Under the pieces are notes generated by a model. It did not search any database. It was not told the origin of the DNA and saw only the letters and a program-made list of their open reading frames with translations. Made by a program: the position numbers and the translations under genes. A stretch of 64,000 bases of DNA from a virus. Lineage: Duplodnaviria; Caudoviricetes. The stretch lies in the IMG/VR virus record IMGVR_UViG_3300028909_000001; one strand, 5' to 3'. This document shows positions 29,784-38,819 of this stretch, one piece after another. Each line of letters starts with the position of its first letter. Position 1 is the first letter of the stretch.

Positions 29784-30644
29784 ATGTTAAAAATAAAAAG
29801 AAGAATTGAAAAAGAAGCGAATTATAGTGCGGTATTCTTTGATGGTAAAACATTAAGAATACCGCTTAATCCTTCTAAACCAATCACAGAATTACGATAT
29901 CCAGAATTCTATGACCTTAGTTTTGGTGATAAGTGTGTAACTGGAAAATGTCCATGGTGTTATGCTAAAGGAAATCCTAAAGGTAAGCACTATTCTAATA
30001 TAGTAGGCAAGATTGAGAAGTATTTTGGTTCAATGACAGAGAACCAACGTTGTTTCCAGGTAGCTGTTGGTGGGCAGCAAGAACCATTAGAGCATCCTGA
30101 ATTCTGGGATGCAATGAAGTTGCTAAAAAGTTTGGATATTGTTCCTAACTATACTACTAACGGAGTTCTATTTGATGAAAATGTAGTTAACAAGACTAGA
30201 GAACATTGTGGTGGAGTAGCAATAACTCTACACCCTCATTTAGAAGATGATTGGAGGAAAGCGTTGGATTTGGCTATTAAGTGTAAACTTAAGGTTAATA
30301 TTCATTTTATAGTATCAGATGAAGATTCAGTAGATAGGTTAATTACACTCTATAATGAATATAACGGCAAAATTGATTACTTCGTTCTATTACCTTACAT
30401 GAATGTTGGTTTTGCTGCTAAGAACCCTAAAACCATAGCTTATGATAAACTTGCTGCTTGGTTAGATAGTGTCCAGAATTACGCTAATATTGCTTTTGGT
30501 GCTAACTTCTATAAGTTCCTTAATACTAATAAGAGGTGGGATGTCTCATTATACCCTCCAGAAATCTTGAGTAAATATCTAGTATTAGATGACAATATGA
30601 ATTTGTATAATAACAGTTTTGAAATGAAGCTAGTTAGATATTGA
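29784..30644 (+). CDS. Radical SAM protein
   Basis: CVTGKCPWCY (Cx4Cx2C) cluster motif, GGQQEP, TTNG. Confidence 0.8.
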   Translation: MLKIKRRIEKEANYSAVFFDGKTLRIPLNPSKPITELRYPEFYDLSFGDKCVTGKCPWCYAKGNPKGKHYSNIVGKIEKYFGSMTENQRCFQVAVGGQQEPLEHPEFWDAMKLLKSLDIVPNYTTNGVLFDENVVNKTREHCGGVAITLHPHLEDDWRKALDLAIKCKLKVNIHFIVSDEDSVDRLITLYNEYNGKIDYFVLLPYMNVGFAAKNPKTIAYDKLAAWLDSVQNYANIAFGANFYKFLNTNKRWDVSLYPPEILSKYLVLDDNMNLYNNSFEMKLVRY

Positions 30645-30676
30645 CATTAGTGTGTAGTCTGGCATATTAATCAATT

Positions 30677-31204
30677 ATGTCAGACTACATTCTCAGCTTA
30701 GATAATGGTACAGGCAGCACAGGTATCGCTATGTTTGGACCTAATGATTTGGTTAGATACGAAAAGTTCCCTACTAAAAGTACTATAAACTACCAGAAAG
30801 AGGAACAACATATAACTAGAGTGGATGTTCCAGCTCTTAGAATACTATTAGTTAATTGGAACATACCTAAAGATACTATTGTACTGTTAGAAAGACCACT
30901 TATTAATCCTACTAGATTTAAAGCCAGTATATCTGCTGCTAGATGTTTTGAAGCCACTATTATAGTATTAGAAGAATTAGGCCTGGATTATAAAGTGGTT
31001 GATTCGAAAGCTTGGCAGAGAGTATTACTACCTAATATAGAAGGTAGTAATGAACTTAAGAAAGCTTCATTAGAATTAGGAAAGAAATTATTTCCTAACT
31101 TAAAACTAAAGAAAGATGCAGATAGTTTGCTGATTGGATACTGGGCCAAAAATAAAGACAAACTAGAAACAATTAAACCTATTAAAAAGAAAATAAAATT
31201 ATGA
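30677..31204 (+). CDS. ruvC: RuvC-like Holliday junction resolvase
   Basis: LSLDNG, LLERP, W-Q-x-x-L, DADSLLI acidic catalytic set. Confidence 0.75.
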   Translation: MSDYILSLDNGTGSTGIAMFGPNDLVRYEKFPTKSTINYQKEEQHITRVDVPALRILLVNWNIPKDTIVLLERPLINPTRFKASISAARCFEATIIVLEELGLDYKVVDSKAWQRVLLPNIEGSNELKKASLELGKKLFPNLKLKKDADSLLIGYWAKNKDKLETIKPIKKKIKL

Positions 31205-31214
31205 AAACTTAACC

Positions 31215-31868
31215 ATGACTAAACCTGAAATTGAACGCTATATCTCTGAAATACCTAGACAAACTGTAACTGAATATATCAACTATTGGAATACTATAAA
31301 ACCTGTAAATAAAGATGAATACTATAATAGATTTGTATTTAGTCATCTTTCTGTGCATTGTAGTTGGCGAGCTAATATAAAAGCTTATAAGATGGTGATA
31401 GGTAGAGTAATACCTGATAAACAAACCTTAAAAGATGTAATATCTTATAGTGGGGTAGGACTTATTAACCTTAGAACCAAAGGTATGTGGGAGTTTAAGG
31501 AATCATTCTATAATAACCCTGCTCAATATTATAAGTCTGAAGCTGAGACTTGGGATTGTTTTCGAGATAGAATAATGAATCTCATACATGGATTAGGATA
31601 TGCTAAAACAGCCTTCGCCCTGGAGTTATGTTATCCTAATGAAGCTGAAGTTACTTGTTTAGATGTGCATATGCTTAGATTATATGGCTATGATAAGTCA
31701 CAAACACCTAATAAAGCTTTATATAAGGAATTTGAAGAGCATTGGGTTAATACTTGTAAGACTAATAATATTCCCCCATTCATAGCTAGATCAATATGGT
31801 GGGATAAAAATCAGGTTAATACTAATGAAAGTTTGGGTAAGTATTGGACTTATGTATTCGAAAAATAA
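31215..31868 (+). CDS. HhH-GPD DNA glycosylase/AP lyase-like
   Basis: IHGLGYAKTAF helix-hairpin-helix, then CLDVHMLR. Confidence 0.75.
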   Translation: MTKPEIERYISEIPRQTVTEYINYWNTIKPVNKDEYYNRFVFSHLSVHCSWRANIKAYKMVIGRVIPDKQTLKDVISYSGVGLINLRTKGMWEFKESFYNNPAQYYKSEAETWDCFRDRIMNLIHGLGYAKTAFALELCYPNEAEVTCLDVHMLRLYGYDKSQTPNKALYKEFEEHWVNTCKTNNIPPFIARSIWWDKNQVNTNESLGKYWTYVFEK

Positions 31869-31906
31869 TGAATATTTTCTAGTCAGTTAATTAAAACTAA
31901 AGTTAA

Positions 31907-32104
31907 TTGACTAGAGAGTATATGGATAAACTAACCCAATTCAAAAATCTAACTTGTATTAGAGAGTTACCTATGAGATGTTATAGTAAGAAATTTAGAA
32001 TATTACACGAACACCTGCCTAATATAGATAATGAAGTCTATTATCATTTAGAATGTCTGGAATGTAATATGCAATTTGCTGTAAAGGAACTATATGATAA
32101 GTGA
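31907..32104 (+). CDS. Small hypothetical protein
   Basis: 65-aa ORF with CxxC. Confidence 0.4.
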   Translation: MTREYMDKLTQFKNLTCIRELPMRCYSKKFRILHEHLPNIDNEVYYHLECLECNMQFAVKELYDK

Positions 32105-32393
32105 CCCTAAAAAACAAATAGTGGATATTAATAAAACTTTTGCCAAAGAACTGACTGTCAAATACGATAAAGGTCAAAGAGAACATGGTGGTAATTTCTA
32201 TGCCAAACCTACAGTAAGTAATATTAGGGAAGAGGTGGTTGATCTAGTAGCTTATACTCATGTTCTGGAAAAGCATAAAGATAAAGTGGTTCAAGATTTA
32301 TGTGAGTTATGGGATAAATTGAAAGAAGCCAAATGTAAAAAAGAATTGTTAGATAGGCTAAGTGTTATTATAACTAACACTAAATATATTTGA
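32094..32393 (+). CDS. Hypothetical protein (possible MazG-like helix pair)
   Basis: KYDKGQREHG...REEVVDLVAY. Confidence 0.5.
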   Translation: MISDPKKQIVDINKTFAKELTVKYDKGQREHGGNFYAKPTVSNIREEVVDLVAYTHVLEKHKDKVVQDLCELWDKLKEAKCKKELLDRLSVIITNTKYI

Positions 32394-32418
32394 CATATCA
32401 TATTCTATTAATTATATT
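32390..32418 (+). promoter_or_regulatory. Sigma70-type promoter
   Basis: TTGACA-N17-TATATT at the border of the replication and tRNA regions. Confidence 0.65.
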
Positions 32419-32425
32419 GAACTTA

Positions 32426-32536
32426 ATGCAAAGTTTAGTTACATCAATTAAAACTACCTACTCCCCTAATAAGGAAGGTAGTTGACAGGGTGTATTGATA
32501 TTTTACACCCTAGGTTTAAGTACCTAGGGTTTTTTT
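32426..32536 (+). promoter_or_regulatory. Leader ORF (19 aa) with overlapping antiterminator/terminator
   Basis: ORF 32426-32485; stem AGGGTGTA/TACACCCT shares CCCT with terminator CCCTAGGT/ACCTAGGG+T7. Confidence 0.55.
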
Positions 32537-32739
32537 GTGACAATTTGTTTGAGGCGTTACTCTTGTATTGCAGATATTGGCAAGACCAATACTCTAGTCA
32601 ATATAGGTGGGATTCGTTCCTGCTAGCTGTTGTGCCTTTAAATTAACAGCTCGGTTATTATAATGTATGGTGATGAACCTAGAGTATAATAGCGTGCGGT
32701 GAATATTGATTTATTCTATAACTAATTTCTGATCTTTAA

Positions 32740-32812
32740 GCAGGGGTGATGTAATGGTAGCATGGACGCTTTCTTGTGTCTTGTATTGGTGTAAACCCAA
32801 TCCCCTGCTCCA
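32740..32812 (+). tRNA. Degenerate tRNA (anticodon uncertain, 6-nt loop TTTCTT)
   Basis: GCAGGGG/CCCCTGC acceptor, CCA end, T-loop TGTAAAC. Confidence 0.55.
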
Positions 32813-32815
32813 ACT

Positions 32816-32890
32816 GCTCGTGTCGTATAGTGGCTAATACCTCTGTCTTTCCAACAGAAAAAAGCGGGTCGGAACCGCTCACGAGTACCA
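32816..32890 (+). tRNA. Irregular tRNA, Gly(TCC) or Glu(TTC)
   Basis: GCTCGTG/CACGAGT acceptor, TCTGT-CTTTCCA-ACAGA arm, distorted T arm, CCA. Confidence 0.65.
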
Positions 32891-32899
32891 ATTAACATT

Positions 32900-33172
32900 A
32901 TGATTGCTGATATTTATGCTTTTTCTAGAGATGGATTTAGACATGATACTTTTCAAAATTTTTTAAACGGTGATTTTCATGGTGTGTTTCAGTTTGACCG
33001 GTCTACTATACCACCATATAATCTGTTTAAAGTATCAATCAATTTAGATGATTATGATATAAGTTGTGGACCTGGTGTTGTATATAATCATACTGTCTTA
33101 CATTTTAGAAAGAAAACTATAAACTCCAGACCTGCAGAAAGTGGTGAACGGAGGCTTGAACCTTATTTATGA
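32900..33172 (+). CDS. Hypothetical protein with tag (RRLEPYL)
   Basis: 90-aa ORF ending in tag. Confidence 0.7.
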   Translation: MIADIYAFSRDGFRHDTFQNFLNGDFHGVFQFDRSTIPPYNLFKVSINLDDYDISCGPGVVYNHTVLHFRKKTINSRPAESGERRLEPYL

Positions 33173-33438
33173 ATGAATATATAGTAGGAGATGAAGTTTC
33201 TGTAACTCTTAATTCTGGTAATCGAGTTAAAGCAAAGATTATAAGTATTGATAATGACGAGCTTGCACTAAAGTTTGTAGAGTATACAGAGCTTGTAAAC
33301 ATTGATGCAAGCGGTGGTTCAAGCGGTGGTTCAGGCGGTTGGCCTACTATTCATAGACACATAAATGAGGTAATCTCTTTAGTATCTAAAACTAGAAAAG
33401 AAAATCCTTTTGATAGGAAACTGGAGTTTGATTTATGA
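33169..33438 (+). CDS. Small SH3/KOW-like family protein with tag (RKLEFDL)
   Basis: EYIVGDEV start, beta-rich; SGGSSGGSGG insertion. Confidence 0.65.
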   Translation: MNEYIVGDEVSVTLNSGNRVKAKIISIDNDELALKFVEYTELVNIDASGGSSGGSGGWPTIHRHINEVISLVSKTRKENPFDRKLEFDL

Positions 33439-33902
33439 AAATAACAAAAATAGCTAATAGATGGTATGACGAAAACAATAATAGTTGGTCTACAGAAGAA
33501 CTAGCTACTCTATACTCACCTACCCTAACTAATTGTAGATGGTGTAGAGATTGTAGAGATTGTAATTATTGTTGTCTTTGTAGTGATTGTAGTAATTGTA
33601 GTAATTGTAGTGGTTGTAGTGGTTGTAGTGGTTGTAGTAATTGTTATAATTGTAATTGGTGTAGTAGTTGTGGTAGTTGTAATAGTTGTTATAAATGTAC
33701 TGATTGTAATGATTGTAGAGGTTGTAGTAATTGTAGTAGTTGTTATAGTTGTAGTTATTGTGGTAATTGTAAAGATTGTTTTCACTGCTATTTATGTAAA
33801 ATTTGTAGTAACCTTAGATTTTATGAAAAAGGATCACAATTAAATACTATTATAAGAGTGGAGGCTAATGCTTTTGACAGAAAATTAGAAATAGACTTAT
33901 GA
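33435..33902 (+). CDS. Cys-repeat family protein, copy 3 (RKLEIDL)
   Basis: Family architecture. Confidence 0.85.
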   Translation: MKITKIANRWYDENNNSWSTEELATLYSPTLTNCRWCRDCRDCNYCCLCSDCSNCSNCSGCSGCSGCSNCYNCNWCSSCGSCNSCYKCTDCNDCRGCSNCSSCYSCSYCGNCKDCFHCYLCKICSNLRFYEKGSQLNTIIRVEANAFDRKLEIDL

Positions 33903-34204
33903 AAAAAGACACACTTGTAACATTAACCAAATTAAAACCCCTTGAAAATCCAGAGTATCCAACTCCAAATAAAGCAGACTACAGACCAGGACAATTTAAT
34001 GGAAATGTAAGTTTACCAATAGATTATACAGCTACTGGAATCTTATTAAAAGATATTGAGGTTGGAGAGCCTATTCTTATGTTCAGACATATTAGAAATG
34101 GGATTAAAACTCCTGGTCATTTTTCTTCTAGCCGAGTCTCTAAAATAGAAGGTAATTTGTTATACACTAATAACAGTATTTATAAAATTGAAATATTAAC
34201 TTAA
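33899..34204 (+). CDS. Hypothetical protein
   Basis: 101-aa ORF, ATGA overlap. Confidence 0.6.
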   Translation: MKKDTLVTLTKLKPLENPEYPTPNKADYRPGQFNGNVSLPIDYTATGILLKDIEVGEPILMFRHIRNGIKTPGHFSSSRVSKIEGNLLYTNNSIYKIEILT

Positions 34205-34209
34205 ACTAT

Positions 34210-34632
34210 ATGGAACAACTATATAAAAAGACAAAAAAGAACGGTAAGACTAAATATGCTAAGGTAAATTTAAAAGACTTGGCTGATAATTTACTAGTTG
34301 ATAGAATGACTCTAAGCCCAGGTCTTTGGCTGGTTAAAGAAGTTCCTAATTGTAAGTCATTAAGTTCAGTTTCTAAAGTATCTAGAATACCGGATTACCC
34401 CTACGATTTTACTAGTATAATCATGAATCGTGACGAACTGGCCGATTTCCTCGTCAAATTTAACAATGATTATTCTAAAAAACATCCTAGCTCAGGGAAT
34501 GGATGGCAAATATTTCCGAGTTATTCCGAACTAGCTGAGGCTATTTTAAATGAATTGATTAGACTGGCTGGCCTAGGATTTGGTGAAAAGCGAGAAGTAC
34601 CTGTAACTAGAAAATTAGATTTAGAGTTATAA
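34210..34632 (+). CDS. Tagged hypothetical protein (RKLDLEL), paralog of next ORF
   Basis: Shared G-x-WLVK-x-x-PN...SK...PD pattern. Confidence 0.7.
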   Translation: MEQLYKKTKKNGKTKYAKVNLKDLADNLLVDRMTLSPGLWLVKEVPNCKSLSSVSKVSRIPDYPYDFTSIIMNRDELADFLVKFNNDYSKKHPSSGNGWQIFPSYSELAEAILNELIRLAGLGFGEKREVPVTRKLDLEL

Positions 34633-34633
34633 T

Positions 34634-35074
34634 ATGGCAGACCTATACTATAAAGTTGGAAAAAGATATAGAGTAGCTTTATCTGATGTAAGTGAAGGAG
34701 CTATGACAACATTTTTATCAGAAGATGGAATAAGACCTACCTTTCTAACTATAGGAAATTTGGAGGCAGGTATATATTTGGTAAAACCACTACCTAATAC
34801 TACTTTAGTGAGCATAATCTCTAAACTAGCTAAATATCCGGATAAACCTGAATTACTGGCTCAAATAAAAGTTACCCAGTCTGAAATGGAATATTTTATT
34901 GCTGAGTATAGAAGAACTAGGATTACTAGAATAGGAACTGATACATTAAGTAATCAAGAAATAGCCAAGGTTATTTTTGATTATCTTATAGCTAAATCTG
35001 GTATTAAATTTTCGGAGAAGCCGGTTGAAAAAGTTGAACATATAGTAGAACGAAAACTAGAACTGGATTTATAA
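34634..35074 (+). CDS. Tagged hypothetical protein (RKLELDL), paralog of previous ORF
   Basis: GIYLVKPLPN...SK...YPD pattern. Confidence 0.7.
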   Translation: MADLYYKVGKRYRVALSDVSEGAMTTFLSEDGIRPTFLTIGNLEAGIYLVKPLPNTTLVSIISKLAKYPDKPELLAQIKVTQSEMEYFIAEYRRTRITRIGTDTLSNQEIAKVIFDYLIAKSGIKFSEKPVEKVEHIVERKLELDL

Positions 35075-35084
35075 CGGGGCTATA

Positions 35085-35501
35085 GTGATAATAGTAGCAC
35101 GGAAGTTTTGCAAACTTCAGGACACAGAGCGTAACTGTGTAGTTCCAATCCGGTCTGGAAGCATTAAAGTGATGCAGAGAACTCTTAATTCTCAGAATAG
35201 GGAGCGTTACCCTAGCAGACCACCAATTAAAACGAATGATCAAATTGAACATGTAGAACTTATTACTATACCTCTGCCTATAGTACTAGAAATAGTAAAG
35301 GAGTATATAGAAGCTAAATATAATCTAACTGGTGGAGAAATATTTTTAAGAAAACAAAAAGGACCAACACCTGCTACAGGATATATGAAACTAAATGAGC
35401 CTGAATTGTATGATTTAAAATATAGAACTGTTGCAACACAAGCTGATATACATAAAGATTTATCAGAATTGCTGGAAAGAAAGTTAGAAATTGATTTGTA
35501 A
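35085..35501 (+). CDS. Tagged hypothetical protein (RKLEIDL)
   Basis: 138-aa ORF, GTG start. Confidence 0.65.
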   Translation: MIIVARKFCKLQDTERNCVVPIRSGSIKVMQRTLNSQNRERYPSRPPIKTNDQIEHVELITIPLPIVLEIVKEYIEAKYNLTGGEIFLRKQKGPTPATGYMKLNEPELYDLKYRTVATQADIHKDLSELLERKLEIDL

Positions 35502-35507
35502 GTCATT

Positions 35508-35584
35508 GCAAACGAAGCTTATATGGATAAGCAACCGACTTTTAATCGGTAGATAGCTTGGTTCGAATCCAGCCGTTTGCACCA
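35508..35584 (+). tRNA. tRNA-Lys(TTT)
   Basis: Cloverleaf, ACCGA-CTTTTAA-TCGGT, TTCGAAT, CCA. Confidence 0.9.
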
Positions 35585-35596
35585 ATTTAATAATTT

Positions 35597-35682
35597 GCAC
35601 TGTTATCCCGTAGAGGTAGCGGATTCGACTGTAGATCGAATGCTAAATAGCTCGGGTGGTTCAACTCCATCACAGTGCACCA
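35597..35682 (+). tRNA. tRNA-Tyr(GTA)
   Basis: TTCGA-CTGTAGA-TCGAA, long variable arm, CCA. Confidence 0.9.
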
Positions 35683-35694
35683 AACCAAAACAAA

Positions 35695-35952
35695 ATGAAA
35701 ATAAAACTAAAATATAATGCAACGGGTGCAATGAAAATTATCATGCACATCTTAAAAAGATCTACTAAACGGCATAAGGCCCTAACTTTTAAACAAATAA
35801 TGAGAGAAGGTTTAAGACTTTTTGGACCGTATCTTTATAGTGAAGACTATATGAGAAAAGGTATGGCTGACCTTAGAAGAATAAAATTTAGACTTGTTAA
35901 TCATAAACCAAAAGATTTAAGGATACAATATAGTTATAGGTACATATACTAA
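35695..35952 (+). CDS. Basic hypothetical protein
   Basis: ATG 12 nt after tRNA-Tyr. Confidence 0.55.
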   Translation: MKIKLKYNATGAMKIIMHILKRSTKRHKALTFKQIMREGLRLFGPYLYSEDYMRKGMADLRRIKFRLVNHKPKDLRIQYSYRYIY

Positions 35953-35967
35953 TATAGTATAGTGACA

Positions 35968-36981
35968 TTACGAAACATTTTTATGCAAGTGTAATTCAAT
36001 GGTAGAATGAGGCTCCTCCAAAGCTTTAATGGGCGTTCGACTCGCCTCACTTGCTTGTAATTGTTTAATTAATAAATTAGGTTCTTTTACTATTTCCTCC
36101 CAATTACCACCATATTTTTTAGTCTTAATGATAACTAGATTTGGCACTTTAGCTGTTTTCATTTTGTACTCTGCTTCTTTAGTAATATATCCTTTCAATT
36201 CAACGAAAATATTGTTTAAAATAAAGTCAGGATAGTAATTGCGGGATTTACCGTCTAACGTAGTATAAGGAAATCCTTTTAAGTTTCTAGAATAAGATAG
36301 ATTTAATTGTTCGGCTATTTTGCAAAAATTATATTCCATAGTTGACTGACAGTGTATTATTGTACCATCTTTTTTGGTATAGTCTGAGTGTTTACCCCAA
36401 CCTCCACCTTTACGAGGGCCTCCGGTTTTACCTTTCAATACTTTTGATTGCAGTAACTTATAACAAGCTGAAGAACATGTTGACTTTCTGCAGTGTGTTT
36501 TAAATGGGTTAAGACATATTATACATATTTTATTCACTATTTTAACGACTTGTCCATTTTTATATCTAAAACGAGGAATACCGTCGTTTTCGTAACGATT
36601 TTTTAATGCTAAACTTATGTTCATATTTTTAGTTTTAATTTGTTTTGTTGTTAGATGACTATTCCTATATTTAGCGCTGCAAGACTTATTGCAAAAATTT
36701 AGTTTTGTTCGTTTGATTTCCTTCTGTAATTTATATCTTGTTTTTCCACACTGAGCACAAGTTACAAGTTTTGCAGCATTAGGTTTGCATTGTTTTGAAC
36801 AATAATCGGACACACGACAACTAAGTTTATTTGCAATCTGACGTTGCACTTCATTTTTATTTTTGTAGTATGTTTTATGACAATTACAACATTCTAAAGG
36901 TATAAGATCTCTAGAACCACAAGTGTCAAATATAGCTTGTAACATCAATATCTTCATATGAGTTATATTACCACTATCCAC
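35968..36981 (-). mobile_element. Free-standing zinc-finger PD-(D/E)xK homing-endonuclease-like gene
   Basis: Repeated CxxC...CSxxC fingers and C-terminal YYPDF...FVELKG; only minus-strand gene; sits between tRNAs. Confidence 0.75.
35985..36055 (+). tRNA. tRNA-Gly(TCC), no encoded CCA, antisense to endonuclease 3' end
   Basis: GCAAGTG/CACTTGC acceptor, U73, AGGCT-CCTCCAA-AGCTT, TTCGACT. Confidence 0.75.
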
Positions 36982-37004
36982 TCCAAACTAGCAACAACGA
37001 TTAT

Positions 37005-37080
37005 GCTCTATTAATGTAAGGGTTAGCAATGCCGACCTGTCACGCCGGAAGAACGGATTCGAGTTCCGTATAGAGCGCCA
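37005..37080 (+). tRNA. tRNA-Asp(GTC)
   Basis: Cloverleaf, CTGTCAC loop, TTCGAGT, CCA. Confidence 0.9.
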
Positions 37081-37090
37081 CTAAAACAAA

Positions 37091-37615
37091 ATGACAATAA
37101 CTAAAAGAGACGATAGATGGTATGATGAACGAGGTAATAGTTGGAGAACAGAAGAATCAGCTACTACATACTCACTTACCCTAATTAATTGTAGAGATTG
37201 TAGTAATTGTAATAATTGTATAGGTTGTAGTAGTTGTAGTAGTTGTAGTGGTTGTAATAGTTGTAGTGGTTGTAGTACTTGTTATAATTGTAGTGGTTGT
37301 AGTGCTTGTAATATTTTTAATTATTGTCATGATTGCAGTAGTTGTTTTAATTGTTATAGTTGTACTGATTGTAGTAATTGTAGTGATTGTAATTATTGTA
37401 GTCGTTGTAGTGATTGTAGTAGTTGCAGTAATTGTATTGATTGTAATATTTGTAGTGATTGTAGTTATTGTAGTAGTTGTAGTAGTTGTACTAACTGTAA
37501 TCATTGTGAATTGTGTGGAAAATTAGTTGATCAAAAGTTTCAAGAAAAGATTAAAGACCCATTAATTAGGACAGAGTTTAATGTAGAAAACAGGTTACTA
37601 GAACCAGACTTATAA
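37091..37615 (+). CDS. Cys-repeat family protein, copy 4 (RLLEPDL)
   Basis: Family architecture. Confidence 0.85.
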   Translation: MTITKRDDRWYDERGNSWRTEESATTYSLTLINCRDCSNCNNCIGCSSCSSCSGCNSCSGCSTCYNCSGCSACNIFNYCHDCSSCFNCYSCTDCSNCSDCNYCSRCSDCSSCSNCIDCNICSDCSYCSSCSSCTNCNHCELCGKLVDQKFQEKIKDPLIRTEFNVENRLLEPDL

Positions 37616-37619
37616 ATTT

Positions 37620-37901
37620 ATGCAGTTAATTGAACAAACAATACTAGACTATATTGTAAAACCTGATAAACTTGAAACTAAGTTGTCTCATATTATTGGA
37701 TTTAATATAGTCAAAAACAAGCTATCACCAACCTCAATCAAATGTGTTACTACAATACTAGAACAGGAAAAGGATGCAGTGGATTATTTTACTGTTCATC
37801 CATATACTAGGCTAGGTTGTGATAATACCAATTATGATAGGCAAAATGATTCTTTGTACCAATCACCTAACCAATTTCGTTACTTAACATACACTGATTA
37901 A
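37620..37901 (+). CDS. Hypothetical protein
   Basis: 93-aa ORF. Confidence 0.55.
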   Translation: MQLIEQTILDYIVKPDKLETKLSHIIGFNIVKNKLSPTSIKCVTTILEQEKDAVDYFTVHPYTRLGCDNTNYDRQNDSLYQSPNQFRYLTYTD

Positions 37902-38674
37902 TGACCTGGCGCTTCTCACATTCAAGTATAGGAAGTTACAAGCAATGTCCTAAGAAGTATGAACTTACCTACCTTCAAAAAGGTAAAGTACAAAAAGAGG
38001 ATACAGTTGAACTATTCTTAGGAAAAAGGGTGCATGAATGTTTAGAAGTATTATATCACTATGCTAATTTAGGCAATACCTGGCTTTTAAAAGATTTGAC
38101 TGATCTATTTATCGTTTTATGGGAAGAGAAATGGAATAATGATATAAAGATAGTTAGATTCGGCCTACCTGCTCTACATTACCTTGATTTAGGTATAAAA
38201 CAACTAACTGACTACTATAATAAGTATCATCCTTTCAACCAACACAAATCCCTGAGTTTAGAGCAGAAGCTATATTTTAATTTAGCCCAAGATGAAAAGT
38301 ATGTAATGTCTGGAGTAATTGATAGGATAGAAGAAATTGAGCCTGACTATCTAGCTATTCATGATTATAAGACTGGTAAGAATATGATGAGTCAGAAAGA
38401 ATGTGACTCAGACCGACAACTTGCTACTTATGCTATTGGGGTTTTAAATAAATATCCTGCTACTCAAAAAATTGATTTAGTCTGGCATTATCTACTATAT
38501 AATGTTGAAGTTGTATCTAGTAGGACTGCTGAACAATTAGAAAAGTTAAAGGTTGAACTGATAACAGATATTGATACTATATCTAAAGCTGTTACAGATA
38601 ATAACTTCAAAACTAATATATCACGTTTATGTGATTGGTGTGAAGTTAAGAAATTTTGTCCTGCTCACAAATAA
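37901..38674 (+). CDS. RecB/Cas4-like PD-(D/E)xK nuclease
   Basis: S-x-S...CPK, GVIDRI...IHDYKTG, QLATY, C-terminal CDWC-x5-C. Confidence 0.85.
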   Translation: MTWRFSHSSIGSYKQCPKKYELTYLQKGKVQKEDTVELFLGKRVHECLEVLYHYANLGNTWLLKDLTDLFIVLWEEKWNNDIKIVRFGLPALHYLDLGIKQLTDYYNKYHPFNQHKSLSLEQKLYFNLAQDEKYVMSGVIDRIEEIEPDYLAIHDYKTGKNMMSQKECDSDRQLATYAIGVLNKYPATQKIDLVWHYLLYNVEVVSSRTAEQLEKLKVELITDIDTISKAVTDNNFKTNISRLCDWCEVKKFCPAHK

Positions 38675-38679
38675 TTTTA

Positions 38680-38755
38680 GGCTGTATAGTGAAAGTGGAT
38701 ATCATACAATTCTTCTAAATTTGAGTTCCTGGTTCGATCCCAGGTACAGCCACCA
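38680..38755 (+). tRNA. tRNA-Arg(TCT)
   Basis: GGCTGTA/TACAGCC, CTTCTAA loop, TTCGATC, CCA. Confidence 0.88.
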
Positions 38756-38819
38756 TTTTAAAACCGAAGCCGTTGAACTTCATTAAATCTTCAACAAACA
38801 ACAAATAAACACTAACTAT

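Noticed and set aside
30641-30670. Second TTGACA promoter before ruvC
   Set aside because: No good -10 hexamer at 17-nt spacing; possible but not supportable.
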